Shown here one piece after another: positions 8,953-17,354 of a DNA stretch of 61,657 nt. The stretch lies in IMG/VR virus record IMGVR_UViG_3300009514_000025, positions 1 to 61,657 of that record; one strand, given 5' to 3'. Within the stretch, counting starts at the first letter, position 1; each line of letters starts with the position of its first letter. A program made the translations under genes and the position numbers. Source of the stretch: a virus (taxonomy: Duplodnaviria > Caudoviricetes). The notes under the pieces are model-generated. The model made no database searches. It had not been told where the DNA came from and saw only the letters and a list, made by a program, of their open reading frames with translations.

Positions 8953-11900
8953 ATGATTAGGTTTAAACAACTTTCAATTAAAAATTTTCTTTCATACGGT
9001 GAAGCACCAACAGTAATAGACCTTGATGATATTGGTACTACACTGATCGTAGGCGAAGATCTCGACAATACTGCAAGTGGTACTGGCGCTAATGGCGTTG
9101 GTAAAGCACAACCACTCCATTGTAAAATAAAAACTCCTACAGGTTGGACAACGATGGGTGATATTTCTATTGGTGATGTAGTTAGTACACCAGATGGAAA
9201 AACAGCGACCGTAAAAGGTGTATTTCCACAAGGTGTAGTAGAAACATACAAAATATATTTTGCCGATGGTAGAACTACAGAAGCTTGTGGTGAACACCTA
9301 TGGAAAGTTAACAGCCATAGATGGAGAAATGATAAAAAATCAAATGCTTCAAAAATTATCACAACGAAAGAATTGAAACAATGCGTCGATGAAGCAAACA
9401 TCAAAAATAAATCATGGTATAATTGTACCATTCCAATGGTCAATCATCCAGAAGTTCAAGATGTATCTTTGCCTATAGATCCTTATTTGTTAGGAGCTTT
9501 GATTGGCGATGGTACAATATGTTATAGGAATATTAGATTTACATCCAAGGATGATATCATTATTGATGCTGTTTCTAACATATTAAAGGAAGATTTTTCA
9601 CAGGAATTATCTCATGAGAAGGATTACAATTATTATGTTAGAAACACCATTAAAAGAGTTGGATATAATCCAGTGGCTGATATCTTAAATGAATTATCGT
9701 TACTTGGTACTAACTCTCATAATAAATTTATCCCAAAAATATATTTAGATCATGCGAGCAAAGATCAAAAAATTCGACTTTTACAAGGACTGATGGATAC
9801 TGACGGTACTGTAGGTAAAAATGGTGCTGTTACATTTTGTTCCACGAGTAAACAACTAATTGAAGACGTACAATATTTAATTCGTAGTATTGGTGGAAAA
9901 GCCAAGATATCATCAAGAATACCAACATACTCGGATGTTTTTGGTAATAAAATAAATGGAAAACTAGCATATAACCTTTTAATACAGTATGCTTCACCAA
10001 AAGATTTGTTTACTTTACCGCGCAAACAACAGAACATTAATGAAAATTATCAATATGCTAATGCAGGTCTACGTGTTTTACGTGTAGAAAAAATACAAGA
10101 CCAAGAAGCACAATGTATTATGATCGATCATCCAGATCGATTATATGTTACAGATGATTTTATAGTTACGCATAATACTGTGTGGATTAACGCACTTATA
10201 TTCGCATTATATGGTAAACCAATATCTAATATTTCTTTAGACAATCTTATTAATAATATTAATAAGAAAAATATGGAAGTCTCCGTTGAATTTGAAAAAG
10301 ATGGTGAAATTATAACAGTTTCCCGTGGTCGAAAAGTAACGGGTAAGGGCAATTTCGCTAAAATCTTTGTTCGTCCGATGGGTGTTGATTTGGATGAACA
10401 ACTTCATGATGAAACACCTGACAGTATTAAAAATATTACAGACTTCGTTGTCGAAAAACTTAGCATACCATATGAACTGTTTGTTCGTATCGTTGCATTT
10501 GCCGCAACACATACACCGTTTCTTGATTTGCCTGTTAGACATGCTTCACAGGCAAATCAGTCTGATATTATGGAAGAACTGTTTAGATTAACCCAATTAT
10601 CTGTTAAGGCCGAATCTCTTAAAATAGAAATAAGAGATACTAAGCAGAAGTTGGAAATTAAGATTAAACATAATGAACAACTTGAGAAAGAACACGAACG
10701 CCATAATAAATTGCTCGATACTGCGCAAGGCCGTGTTGATGAATGGGAAAAGGAACGCGAAGAAAACATTACAATCATAGAAAAGGAACTTACAAAATAT
10801 AAGGCTGTTCCTGTTAAAGAACAGGAAAAATTATATAAGCGTGTCGATGAGTTAAAGGTTATGCTTGTCAAAGAAAAAGAAAAACAGTCCGAAATTGAAT
10901 CAGTAGTAACAAAAATTAGTGCTGACTATACAATAGTAAAAGCAAATCTAAAGCGCGTTGAAGAAGAAAAAGAAAAGATTTTAACTTGGAAAGAAGAAAA
11001 TACCAAGAAGGTTGCTAGATATAAAGAAGAGGCGGATAGACTACCAAAAGCACATATACTTGATGAACAAACTACTTTACATCAAACATTAAAAGGTTTG
11101 ATGGAAGATTTAGAAACGCTTGTTACAAAAGAAAGCGAAATGAAGTCAACCATTAAGGACACTATTAAAGCTATAAACAAAGCCGAAAAGGAACTAGTTC
11201 ACCTTGAAGATGAAAAATGCCCATATTGCTTACAACAGTATGCGGATGCGACTAATAAGGTTGATGAATGTAGGGAAACCATAAAAATTAAACAACAGGA
11301 AGAAATTGATGGCACTATGCTTTTGGATGTTGTACAGAAAAATATAAAAAAGACGGAAAAAGATATAGAAGCAGTATCAAGTGATATTAAGTATTCAGTA
11401 GATCAAATAAAAGAATATGAACGCTTACGCGCAGATTATATTATAAAATTGGAAGAACTGCTTAATGAAGAATGTCCTCATGGTGATAAAACTTCCGTGG
11501 GTGATATGATTACTATAATTTCCAATCTGAAAAAGGAATCTGCAGCACTTAAAGAAAAACTTTCAGCAGAAGCAGAGGATTTAGTAGAAATAGATGAAGT
11601 GGTAGAAGCACTCTCTAAAGAGTTGGAAAATTGTGAAAATGCTATCGTTATTCCATCATTAAATGAATTATATGAAATCAAAAACAAGATTAAACAATGT
11701 AAAGATAAGGTTAAGGAATTAAACGGTGCGGCAAATCCATATCTTGAACCATTAAAAGAATTGGAAGATATTAAACTTGAACCAATTGATATGGATGCTA
11801 TTAATGAATTGAATAACCTAATAACACACCAAAATTATCTGGTTAAATTACTGACCAAAAAAGATAGTTTTATTAGAAAGACATTATTGAATAAGAACTT

Positions 11901-12315
11901 GGCATTCTTAAATCAGCGATTGAAGCATTACCTAACTGCATTGGGATTACCACATAAGGTTGAATTTACACACGAAATGACTGCGAACATATCACAGTTT
12001 GGTAGGGAACTTGATTTTGGTAACCTATCCAGTGGACAAAAAGCTCGCGTAAACCTTGGTTTGTCGTTCTCATTTAGAGATGTATTACAGAAATCACATG
12101 ACAGTATTAATGTCTGTATGCTTGATGAAGTATTAGATGTGGGACTTGATTCAGTCGGTGTACAAAATGCAGCAAGGATGTTGAAGCGCAAAGCACGAGA
12201 TGAAGACTTAGCGCTATACATCATTTCACATAGGGATGAAGTCAGCAACATCTTTGACAGAAAAATGATAGTACAAATGGAAAAGGGATTTAGTTCAGTG
12301 AAGGTAGAGAATTAA
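8953..12315 (+). CDS. Recombination ATPase gp46 (Rad50/SbcC-like) containing an intein
   Basis: Walker A GANGVGK|T split by an insertion; coiled coil with CPYC zinc hook; LSSGQ signature; MLDE Walker B; ISH. Confidence 0.93.
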   Translation: MIRFKQLSIKNFLSYGEAPTVIDLDDIGTTLIVGEDLDNTASGTGANGVGKAQPLHCKIKTPTGWTTMGDISIGDVVSTPDGKTATVKGVFPQGVVETYKIYFADGRTTEACGEHLWKVNSHRWRNDKKSNASKIITTKELKQCVDEANIKNKSWYNCTIPMVNHPEVQDVSLPIDPYLLGALIGDGTICYRNIRFTSKDDIIIDAVSNILKEDFSQELSHEKDYNYYVRNTIKRVGYNPVADILNELSLLGTNSHNKFIPKIYLDHASKDQKIRLLQGLMDTDGTVGKNGAVTFCSTSKQLIEDVQYLIRSIGGKAKISSRIPTYSDVFGNKINGKLAYNLLIQYASPKDLFTLPRKQQNINENYQYANAGLRVLRVEKIQDQEAQCIMIDHPDRLYVTDDFIVTHNTVWINALIFALYGKPISNISLDNLINNINKKNMEVSVEFEKDGEIITVSRGRKVTGKGNFAKIFVRPMGVDLDEQLHDETPDSIKNITDFVVEKLSIPYELFVRIVAFAATHTPFLDLPVRHASQANQSDIMEELFRLTQLSVKAESLKIEIRDTKQKLEIKIKHNEQLEKEHERHNKLLDTAQGRVDEWEKEREENITIIEKELTKYKAVPVKEQEKLYKRVDELKVMLVKEKEKQSEIESVVTKISADYTIVKANLKRVEEEKEKILTWKEENTKKVARYKEEADRLPKAHILDEQTTLHQTLKGLMEDLETLVTKESEMKSTIKDTIKAINKAEKELVHLEDEKCPYCLQQYADATNKVDECRETIKIKQQEEIDGTMLLDVVQKNIKKTEKDIEAVSSDIKYSVDQIKEYERLRADYIIKLEELLNEECPHGDKTSVGDMITIISNLKKESAALKEKLSAEAEDLVEIDEVVEALSKELENCENAIVIPSLNELYEIKNKIKQCKDKVKELNGAANPYLEPLKELEDIKLEPIDMDAINELNNLITHQNYLVKLLTKKDSFIRKTLLNKNLAFLNQRLKHYLTALGLPHKVEFTHEMTANISQFGRELDFGNLSSGQKARVNLGLSFSFRDVLQKSHDSINVCMLDEVLDVGLDSVGVQNAARMLKRKARDEDLALYIISHRDEVSNIFDRKMIVQMEKGFSSVKVEN
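9106..10176 (+). mobile_element. Class 3 intein (357 aa) with LAGLIDADG homing endonuclease
   Basis: Starts AQPLHCKIKTPTGW, ends IVTHN before +1 Thr; LLGALIGDG and LLQGLMDTDG motifs; W (EHLW), C (AQCI), T (VTHN) triad. Confidence 0.9.
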
Positions 12316-12461
12316 TGGAGGTGATATCTGACTTTACCTTTATGAGCATATCGCTAGTTAGCGATCCCATGGAAGGGATGGAAATAAGAACTTCAATGGA
12401 ATATGATGATGAAAATATCATAGATAAATATGATAAAGCAATGAAACTATTGGAGACATAG
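12315..12461 (+). CDS. 48-aa protein with C-terminal YDKAMKLL tag variant
   Basis: Below the ORF-track cutoff; ATG overlaps the gp46 stop (TAATG) and its TAG abuts the next ATG; MEVISDFTFMSISLVSDPMEGMEIRTSMEYDDENIIDKYDKAMKLLET. Confidence 0.6.
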   Translation: MEVISDFTFMSISLVSDPMEGMEIRTSMEYDDENIIDKYDKAMKLLET

Positions 12462-12809
12462 ATGAACGAACTAGATATTATAAATTACGCTAAAGTAGTA
12501 ATAAAGGATGTAATGACCAGCTTTTTATTTGAACCTGCTGATGAAGTAACCTTCGCATATATGAAGAAATCAATCATCAGTAAAATGGTTAATGACATTG
12601 ACACAGAACTTAATTTCCATGTTGAAGTCGATTTAGAAGATGGCAATCCACGGGTGGTAATGGAACTTTTCAACATTAACGATGAAGAAAGCACAAGGAT
12701 TATTGCACGATATGCAGATTGTCCTGTATTACCAAAAACTGAACAGATATCCGAAGTTAAAAAGGATGAAACCAGTATTGCATTTGAACGAGCAATGGAA
12801 ATTGTATAA
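12462..12809 (+). CDS. Tail-sheath C-terminal-like fragment with AFERAMEIV tag
   Basis: IINYAKVVIKDVMTSFLFEPADEVT aligns with sheath LIKYIKRQLRRNTLSFVFEPNDQLT. Confidence 0.7.
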   Translation: MNELDIINYAKVVIKDVMTSFLFEPADEVTFAYMKKSIISKMVNDIDTELNFHVEVDLEDGNPRVVMELFNINDEESTRIIARYADCPVLPKTEQISEVKKDETSIAFERAMEIV

Positions 12810-13105
12810 TGAATAAGACAATAGATGTTGAAATTTTAGATTTATCTTCACTTACACCAGATGATAATTTTGTACTTATTCGTGTTGACGTTGGGAAAAT
12901 GCCACCACAGCGAGTCCATGACTACGTTATAAAGGTCAAGGAACAATTTGAATTGTGTAAAAAATTAGAAAAAAAGAACATCCAATATTCTGTAATTGGG
13001 TGTCGATCAGATGGTAGACAAGCCGTTGAAGTATCAATTGAATATAAAGACGATGAGCCTGTTTCTACTACAACAGCATTTGATGAAGCAATGGAGATTG
13101 TATGA
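12809..13105 (+). CDS. Portal clip-like fragment with AFDEAMEIV tag
   Basis: DVGKMPPQRV is identical to the portal protein at 21587-21616. Confidence 0.75.
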   Translation: MNKTIDVEILDLSSLTPDDNFVLIRVDVGKMPPQRVHDYVIKVKEQFELCKKLEKKNIQYSVIGCRSDGRQAVEVSIEYKDDEPVSTTTAFDEAMEIV

Positions 13106-13434
13106 AATATTGGAAAGATACAGATATTGAACATATTGAATATGAAGAGGGTGGTTGTACATTACCACATAACAAGCCTGCATCTATTGCAACATCAGAT
13201 ACGATGCGCGTAGAAACGGAAATCATTCCAAATACAGCACAAGTACGTAAATACGTGAACTCATATACGTTTGAAATGGATGAAGGTATGTGTGTTGACG
13301 TTGAACGTAGAATTTGGCGAGGTAATAGCCCTATGCATCTTGAAGTTATTTTTGTTCCTTTATCAGCATTTGGATACGATAAAGAACCAAATAATCATGA
13401 TGTGGCATTTGATGATGCAATGAAAATCATATAA
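13102..13434 (+). CDS. Small protein with weak capsid-like segment and AFDDAMKII tag
   Basis: MRVETEIIPNTAQVRKYVNSYTFEM vs capsid MTMDVVSQSVEAGSRKLQAGWTIEA; ATGA overlap with previous gene. Confidence 0.55.
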   Translation: MKYWKDTDIEHIEYEEGGCTLPHNKPASIATSDTMRVETEIIPNTAQVRKYVNSYTFEMDEGMCVDVERRIWRGNSPMHLEVIFVPLSAFGYDKEPNNHDVAFDDAMKII

Positions 13435-13447
13435 TCTTAATATATTT

Positions 13448-13460
13448 TAAGTTATTGATT
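13448..13460 (-). promoter_or_regulatory. IHF-consensus site
   Basis: Reverse strand AATCAATAACTTA fits WATCAANNNNTTR; identical copy at 16566-16578. Confidence 0.45.
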
Positions 13461-13540
13461 TAGATAAGAAAAAAATAAGCTAAGGCTTCCTTGCAGACGG
13501 CATACTAAATACTACCGTTTATAAGGAAGAGTTAGCTATA

Positions 13541-14029
13541 ATGAAGATATTGGGTATAGACCAAAGTTACAATGCGAGTGGGATAATAGTTCTGGAAGGT
13601 GATAATATCCTTCATTCAGAATGTTTTAAATCCAACAAAGATTTTGACCGATTTGGACAAGCATATGAAATTGCTGTTCATATTGGAAATATTGTAGATA
13701 CTTACAAACCGGATATTGTTGCTATTGAAGGTCTTGCATTTGGGATGCGAGGGAACGTCACCCGTGACTTAGGTGGATTACAATTTGTAATTGTTGCACA
13801 TTTACAGGAAGTAAAAAAGCAACCAGTGGTGATAATCGCACCATTGACAGTAAAGAAATTTGCAACAGGTAGCGGCAAAGCTACAAAATCGGAAATGATT
13901 GAAAGATTACCTACATACGCACTTGATAATTTTTTAAAACTTGGTGTAAAAAAAACTACAGGCCTGGCAGATCTTTGTGATGCATTTAATATATGTAAAT
14001 GTGCCGAATATCAGAATCAGAACAATTGA
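13541..14029 (+). CDS. RuvC-like Holliday junction resolvase
   Basis: ILGIDQS, VAIEG, VKKFATGSGKATK, DLCDA motifs. Confidence 0.88.
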   Translation: MKILGIDQSYNASGIIVLEGDNILHSECFKSNKDFDRFGQAYEIAVHIGNIVDTYKPDIVAIEGLAFGMRGNVTRDLGGLQFVIVAHLQEVKKQPVVIIAPLTVKKFATGSGKATKSEMIERLPTYALDNFLKLGVKKTTGLADLCDAFNICKCAEYQNQNN

Positions 14030-14036
14030 TAAAATT

Positions 14037-14102
14037 ATGACAAAAAGAAAAACGACAGAAGAATTTATACAAGAAGCGATTAAATTGTATGGTTGTAAAT
14101 AA
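14037..14102 (+). pseudogene. Remnant of a zinc-ribbon-repeat homing endonuclease
   Basis: MTKRKTTEEFIQEAIKLYGCK* matches the start of the repeat unit (TEEFIKKAREVHG) of 38007..38945. Confidence 0.5.
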
Positions 14103-14104
14103 CA

Positions 14105-14311
14105 ATGACGACTTATACTTACAAATGTACAAATGAAAAGTGTGAGATACATGACATACTGCTTGAAGTTCAGCAAAGTATGCATGATGACCCACTTACA
14201 ACATGTCCTGATTGTAAACAGGAAACACTAACAAAAGTAATCACTGGTAGTGGAGGTTTCCGCATTGGTGGTCTTGGTGTTCATAAACCCACGGCACACT
14301 GGGGCGACTGA
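14105..14311 (+). CDS. FmdB-family zinc-ribbon protein
   Basis: YTYKCTNEKC...QSMHDDPLTTCPDC...KVITGSGGF. Confidence 0.8.
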   Translation: MTTYTYKCTNEKCEIHDILLEVQQSMHDDPLTTCPDCKQETLTKVITGSGGFRIGGLGVHKPTAHWGD

Positions 14312-14619
14312 TGAGTCGCTGGAGGAAAGATATTAAGAAACTTTCTTCCAGTAAAAATCCCCTCTCCTTTTGGAATTGGATACAGGTATTAAACTTTTTT
14401 GAAGAACATAAAAACGACCTTGATATTGGAGATTTAGAACTCATAGTTAAAAGGTCAGAAGAAAATAGATTATATGTAAATGAAGAGCATGGTTCAGGGA
14501 TAGAACAATGCGAAGTAAGACCAGATGTATATCTATATCTGGAACACCTTAAGGAAGAAAAACGTAGAAGTGACACACAAGTCCAAAATTCGGACAATCT
14601 TATTGCTTGTCACCAATAA
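14311..14619 (+). CDS. Hypothetical protein
   Basis: TGATG overlap with the upstream gene; no recognisable motif. Confidence 0.5.
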   Translation: MSRWRKDIKKLSSSKNPLSFWNWIQVLNFFEEHKNDLDIGDLELIVKRSEENRLYVNEEHGSGIEQCEVRPDVYLYLEHLKEEKRRSDTQVQNSDNLIACHQ

Positions 14620-14950
14620 GTCGGCGGAGCCAGCCCAACTTGAAGCGAAAGCTATTGAGGCTAGACTGTCGTTAGATGCTATGCATTAAACGGTAGAAGA
14701 CAAATACGCTACGGTATTCCAGTCATCCAACGTTATAGCAGTAGTCTGCTAGGGTGCGTGACCCCTTCGTATCCTTGGTTATTTTTTAACCTAAAGAGGA
14801 AGGGGGCAGTTTCTCTACAGTTCTTCAAATCTAGTTATATAGATAACCAATCAAGTGATAAAACGCAAGCGACAGCGCGGCGTTTTGTTGCTTGATTTCC
14901 GTCGCGCGAAGCGGGGCGGACATCCTGGGAACTCTTGCTTTCCCAAACTT
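14620..14950 (+). ncRNA. Candidate structured non-coding RNA or cis-element
   Basis: GC-richer intergenic stretch with at least five consecutive hairpins, including an 18-bp stem with three G-U pairs (14849-14897). Confidence 0.45.
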
Positions 14951-14969
14951 TTTGTGATAAACTTGTCAG

Positions 14970-16568
14970 ATGGATAATAAAAAAAATATACTCGACTTTT
15001 GGCCAACTCCCGAATTCACACCACGTGAAAATCAAACCAAAGCTTTAGAATGGCTTGAACAACAAGATGCTAAGTACATCATTCTTGAATTACCTGTTGG
15101 TTCAGGTAAATCAATTTTAGGTCTTAATCTATCAAAATACCTTGGCAATGGATTAGGTAGTTCTTTTGTATTAACACCACAACGTATTCTACAAGATCAA
15201 TATGAAAATGATTTTGAAAAATATGGAAAGAAATTTCTGGCTTCTTTACATGGAAAAGGAAATTACAAATGTAAAGGTAAAGGTACGTCTTGTAACATTG
15301 GTACATTAGTTAAACCACGGTGCGAAAATTGTCCTTTTGTAGATGCAAAAAAAGAAGCACAATCTTCATCTAATACAGTACTTAATTACAAGCTTGCGTT
15401 AACGTCTTTTACATACACAGAAGTTTTCAAAAAACGTAACTTAATGATCATGGATGAAGCCCATACTTTAGAACGGCATTTGGTTGACTTCGACTCAGTT
15501 GATATCACATACGCCAGATGTAAACGATATGACATAAATTTTAAGGTACAAACAAATATTGAATCTGCCGTTCAATGGGTAAAGGAGTCATACCTACCAA
15601 AAATAGAAGATACTTTAGGTGAAATGGAAGCCGATTATGAATATCTATATGAGAAGGCAGGTACAGATGTAACACGCACTGAACTCGCCAAATTAAAGGA
15701 AATAGATGAATTGGCAGATCACGTAGCTGACGTATTACAAATGACGGTACGTACTACAGATTATTTAAATGAACATTTCGTTTTAGTACATGACAAAACT
15801 ATGTTTCAGTTTAAACGTCTTCGTGGATCATATTCATTTAAGAAAATCCTTGAACCTATGGCTAATAGGTTTCTATTCATGTCTTCCACTATTTTGAATA
15901 AGACGTCGTTCTGTTATGATCTTGGTATTGATCCAGATGAAGCAGCATTTTTATCACTTGAATCAGATTTTCCTGTTGAGAACAGGCCAGTTTATTATAT
16001 GCCAGTTATGAAAATGAATGCTTCATGGAATAAACCAGAACAAGCTACTGATAGAAAAAACATGATCAAACGTATAATTGAATTATTAGATATTCATAAA
16101 AACGAATCTGGTATTTTACATACTGCGAATTATCAAGTGGCAATGTGGCTAGTTAAAGAACTCGCTGGTAATATTGAACAGGTTATCTACCACCATAATC
16201 CAGACGATGATGTTAATCGAAAAACTGCCATTTCCGGTTTTGTTGAAAGTAGTTCACCTACTATCCTCATTAGTCCATCGTGCACAGAAGGACTTGATCT
16301 TAAAGATGACTTGTCCAGATTTGCTATAATCGTGAAGACACCATTTGGTTATCTTGGTGACCAGTGGATTAAGCGCCGGATGGAAATGTCAAATGAATGG
16401 TATCGCCGCAGAGCTATGACTGATATTATTCAGGGTGGTGGTCGTATTGTCCGTTCCGCAGAAGATGAAGGTACAGTTTATATACTGGACGGTAGTTTCG
16501 GCTATTTGTACAGTCAATCCATGGGAATGATACCGCAGTGGTGGAAAGATTCTTTCCAAGTCGTGTAA
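14970..16568 (+). CDS. DinG/XPD-like superfamily 2 helicase
   Basis: PRENQ Q-motif, LPVGSGKS, Cys cluster, MDEAH, SSTI, EGLDL, QGGGRIVR. Confidence 0.85.
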   Translation: MDNKKNILDFWPTPEFTPRENQTKALEWLEQQDAKYIILELPVGSGKSILGLNLSKYLGNGLGSSFVLTPQRILQDQYENDFEKYGKKFLASLHGKGNYKCKGKGTSCNIGTLVKPRCENCPFVDAKKEAQSSSNTVLNYKLALTSFTYTEVFKKRNLMIMDEAHTLERHLVDFDSVDITYARCKRYDINFKVQTNIESAVQWVKESYLPKIEDTLGEMEADYEYLYEKAGTDVTRTELAKLKEIDELADHVADVLQMTVRTTDYLNEHFVLVHDKTMFQFKRLRGSYSFKKILEPMANRFLFMSSTILNKTSFCYDLGIDPDEAAFLSLESDFPVENRPVYYMPVMKMNASWNKPEQATDRKNMIKRIIELLDIHKNESGILHTANYQVAMWLVKELAGNIEQVIYHHNPDDDVNRKTAISGFVESSSPTILISPSCTEGLDLKDDLSRFAIIVKTPFGYLGDQWIKRRMEMSNEWYRRRAMTDIIQGGGRIVRSAEDEGTVYILDGSFGYLYSQSMGMIPQWWKDSFQVV

Positions 16569-16596
16569 GTTATTGATTTTATTTGTAATCTATTGC

Positions 16597-16625
16597 TTGA
16601 CTTTTATAACCTATTGTTATATACT
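16597..16625 (+). promoter_or_regulatory. sigma70 promoter
   Basis: TTGACT, 17 nt spacer, TATACT. Confidence 0.75.
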
Positions 16626-16657
16626 ATTTTTAAGTTAATTAATAAAGGAAAGACACT

Positions 16658-17068
16658 ATGTTGAATACGATTGGCAAAATTATACTTTACAGTTTCGTTG
16701 GTTATTTGCTTGTGGCGTTATTTGCTCCTTCTATGAGTTTTTGGGATGAACTAAGTTCCATATTCAGTTTCGTATTTTATGATTTTCCTCTGGTGATTGT
16801 AGGTAGTTCACTTTTAGAATGGGCAGAGACACTGGGTGAAGGCGCAAGTATAGCAGTTATGTTTTTGACATTTGCCTTAGTTATCATTTATTATGTAACA
16901 CTGTTTGTTATTATTGTTGTATTTGCAGGTGAACAGAAACCTACAAGTGCAATGTGGAAGAATGAACTTAATTGGGTATTGGGTCTTACTACTAATAAAG
17001 ATATCATCAAAGCAGAAGTTCAGGCTAATGAGATTGTAAATGCGTTAGAACAACGCAGTAAGCGATAA
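16658..17068 (+). CDS. Hypothetical membrane protein
   Basis: Two to three hydrophobic helices; AGGA RBS; own promoter and terminator. Confidence 0.7.
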   Translation: MLNTIGKIILYSFVGYLLVALFAPSMSFWDELSSIFSFVFYDFPLVIVGSSLLEWAETLGEGASIAVMFLTFALVIIYYVTLFVIIVVFAGEQKPTSAMWKNELNWVLGLTTNKDIIKAEVQANEIVNALEQRSKR

Positions 17069-17095
17069 AAAAGGGGGGCGATTGCCCCCCTTTTT
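17068..17095. terminator. Bidirectional intrinsic terminator
   Basis: AAAAA GGGGGGC GATT GCCCCCC TTTTT between convergent genes. Confidence 0.85.
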
Positions 17096-17114
17096 CACCT
17101 TATTATCATTAAAA

Positions 17115-17354
17115 TCAATAGACAGGATGTGGTGATTTGGATTCCTGTTCTAGTCTTTCTTTCAAAAAGTCTGCTACTAATTGACGTTCAGCGTAAGACA
17201 TGGTTAGCAAAATACTTTCATAGGACATCGCCCCTCGCATAAAGTAAGATAAATCAATAACATTTTTGATTATCCGCTTTGCTTCATCTTGTAGTGTTAA
17301 AAACATGTGCGTAATATCTTCCGTTGAACCTGATTTTAATGTTACATAAAAAAA
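17115..17354 (-). CDS. gp51-like hub/tail assembly chaperone, probable -1 frameshift extension of the upstream ORF
   Basis: IDLSYFMRGAMSYESILLTMSYAERQ...LKERLE; overlaps the end of the upstream ORF in the -1 frame at T TTT TTT. Confidence 0.6.
   Translation of the reverse strand, partial: FFYVTLKSGSTEDITHMFLTLQDEAKRIIKNVIDLSYFMRGAMSYESILLTMSYAERQLVADFLKERLEQESKSPHPVY

Noticed and set aside
12315-12461. 48-aa ORF as a gp25-like fragment (SISLVSDP vs VSLVSLSVTP)
   Set aside because: Similarity is too short to support; only the C-terminal tag resemblance is retained
14620-14950. tRNA, tmRNA or group I intron
   Set aside because: No cloverleaf, T-loop or CCA end, no recognisable intron core, and no interrupted gene whose halves flank it
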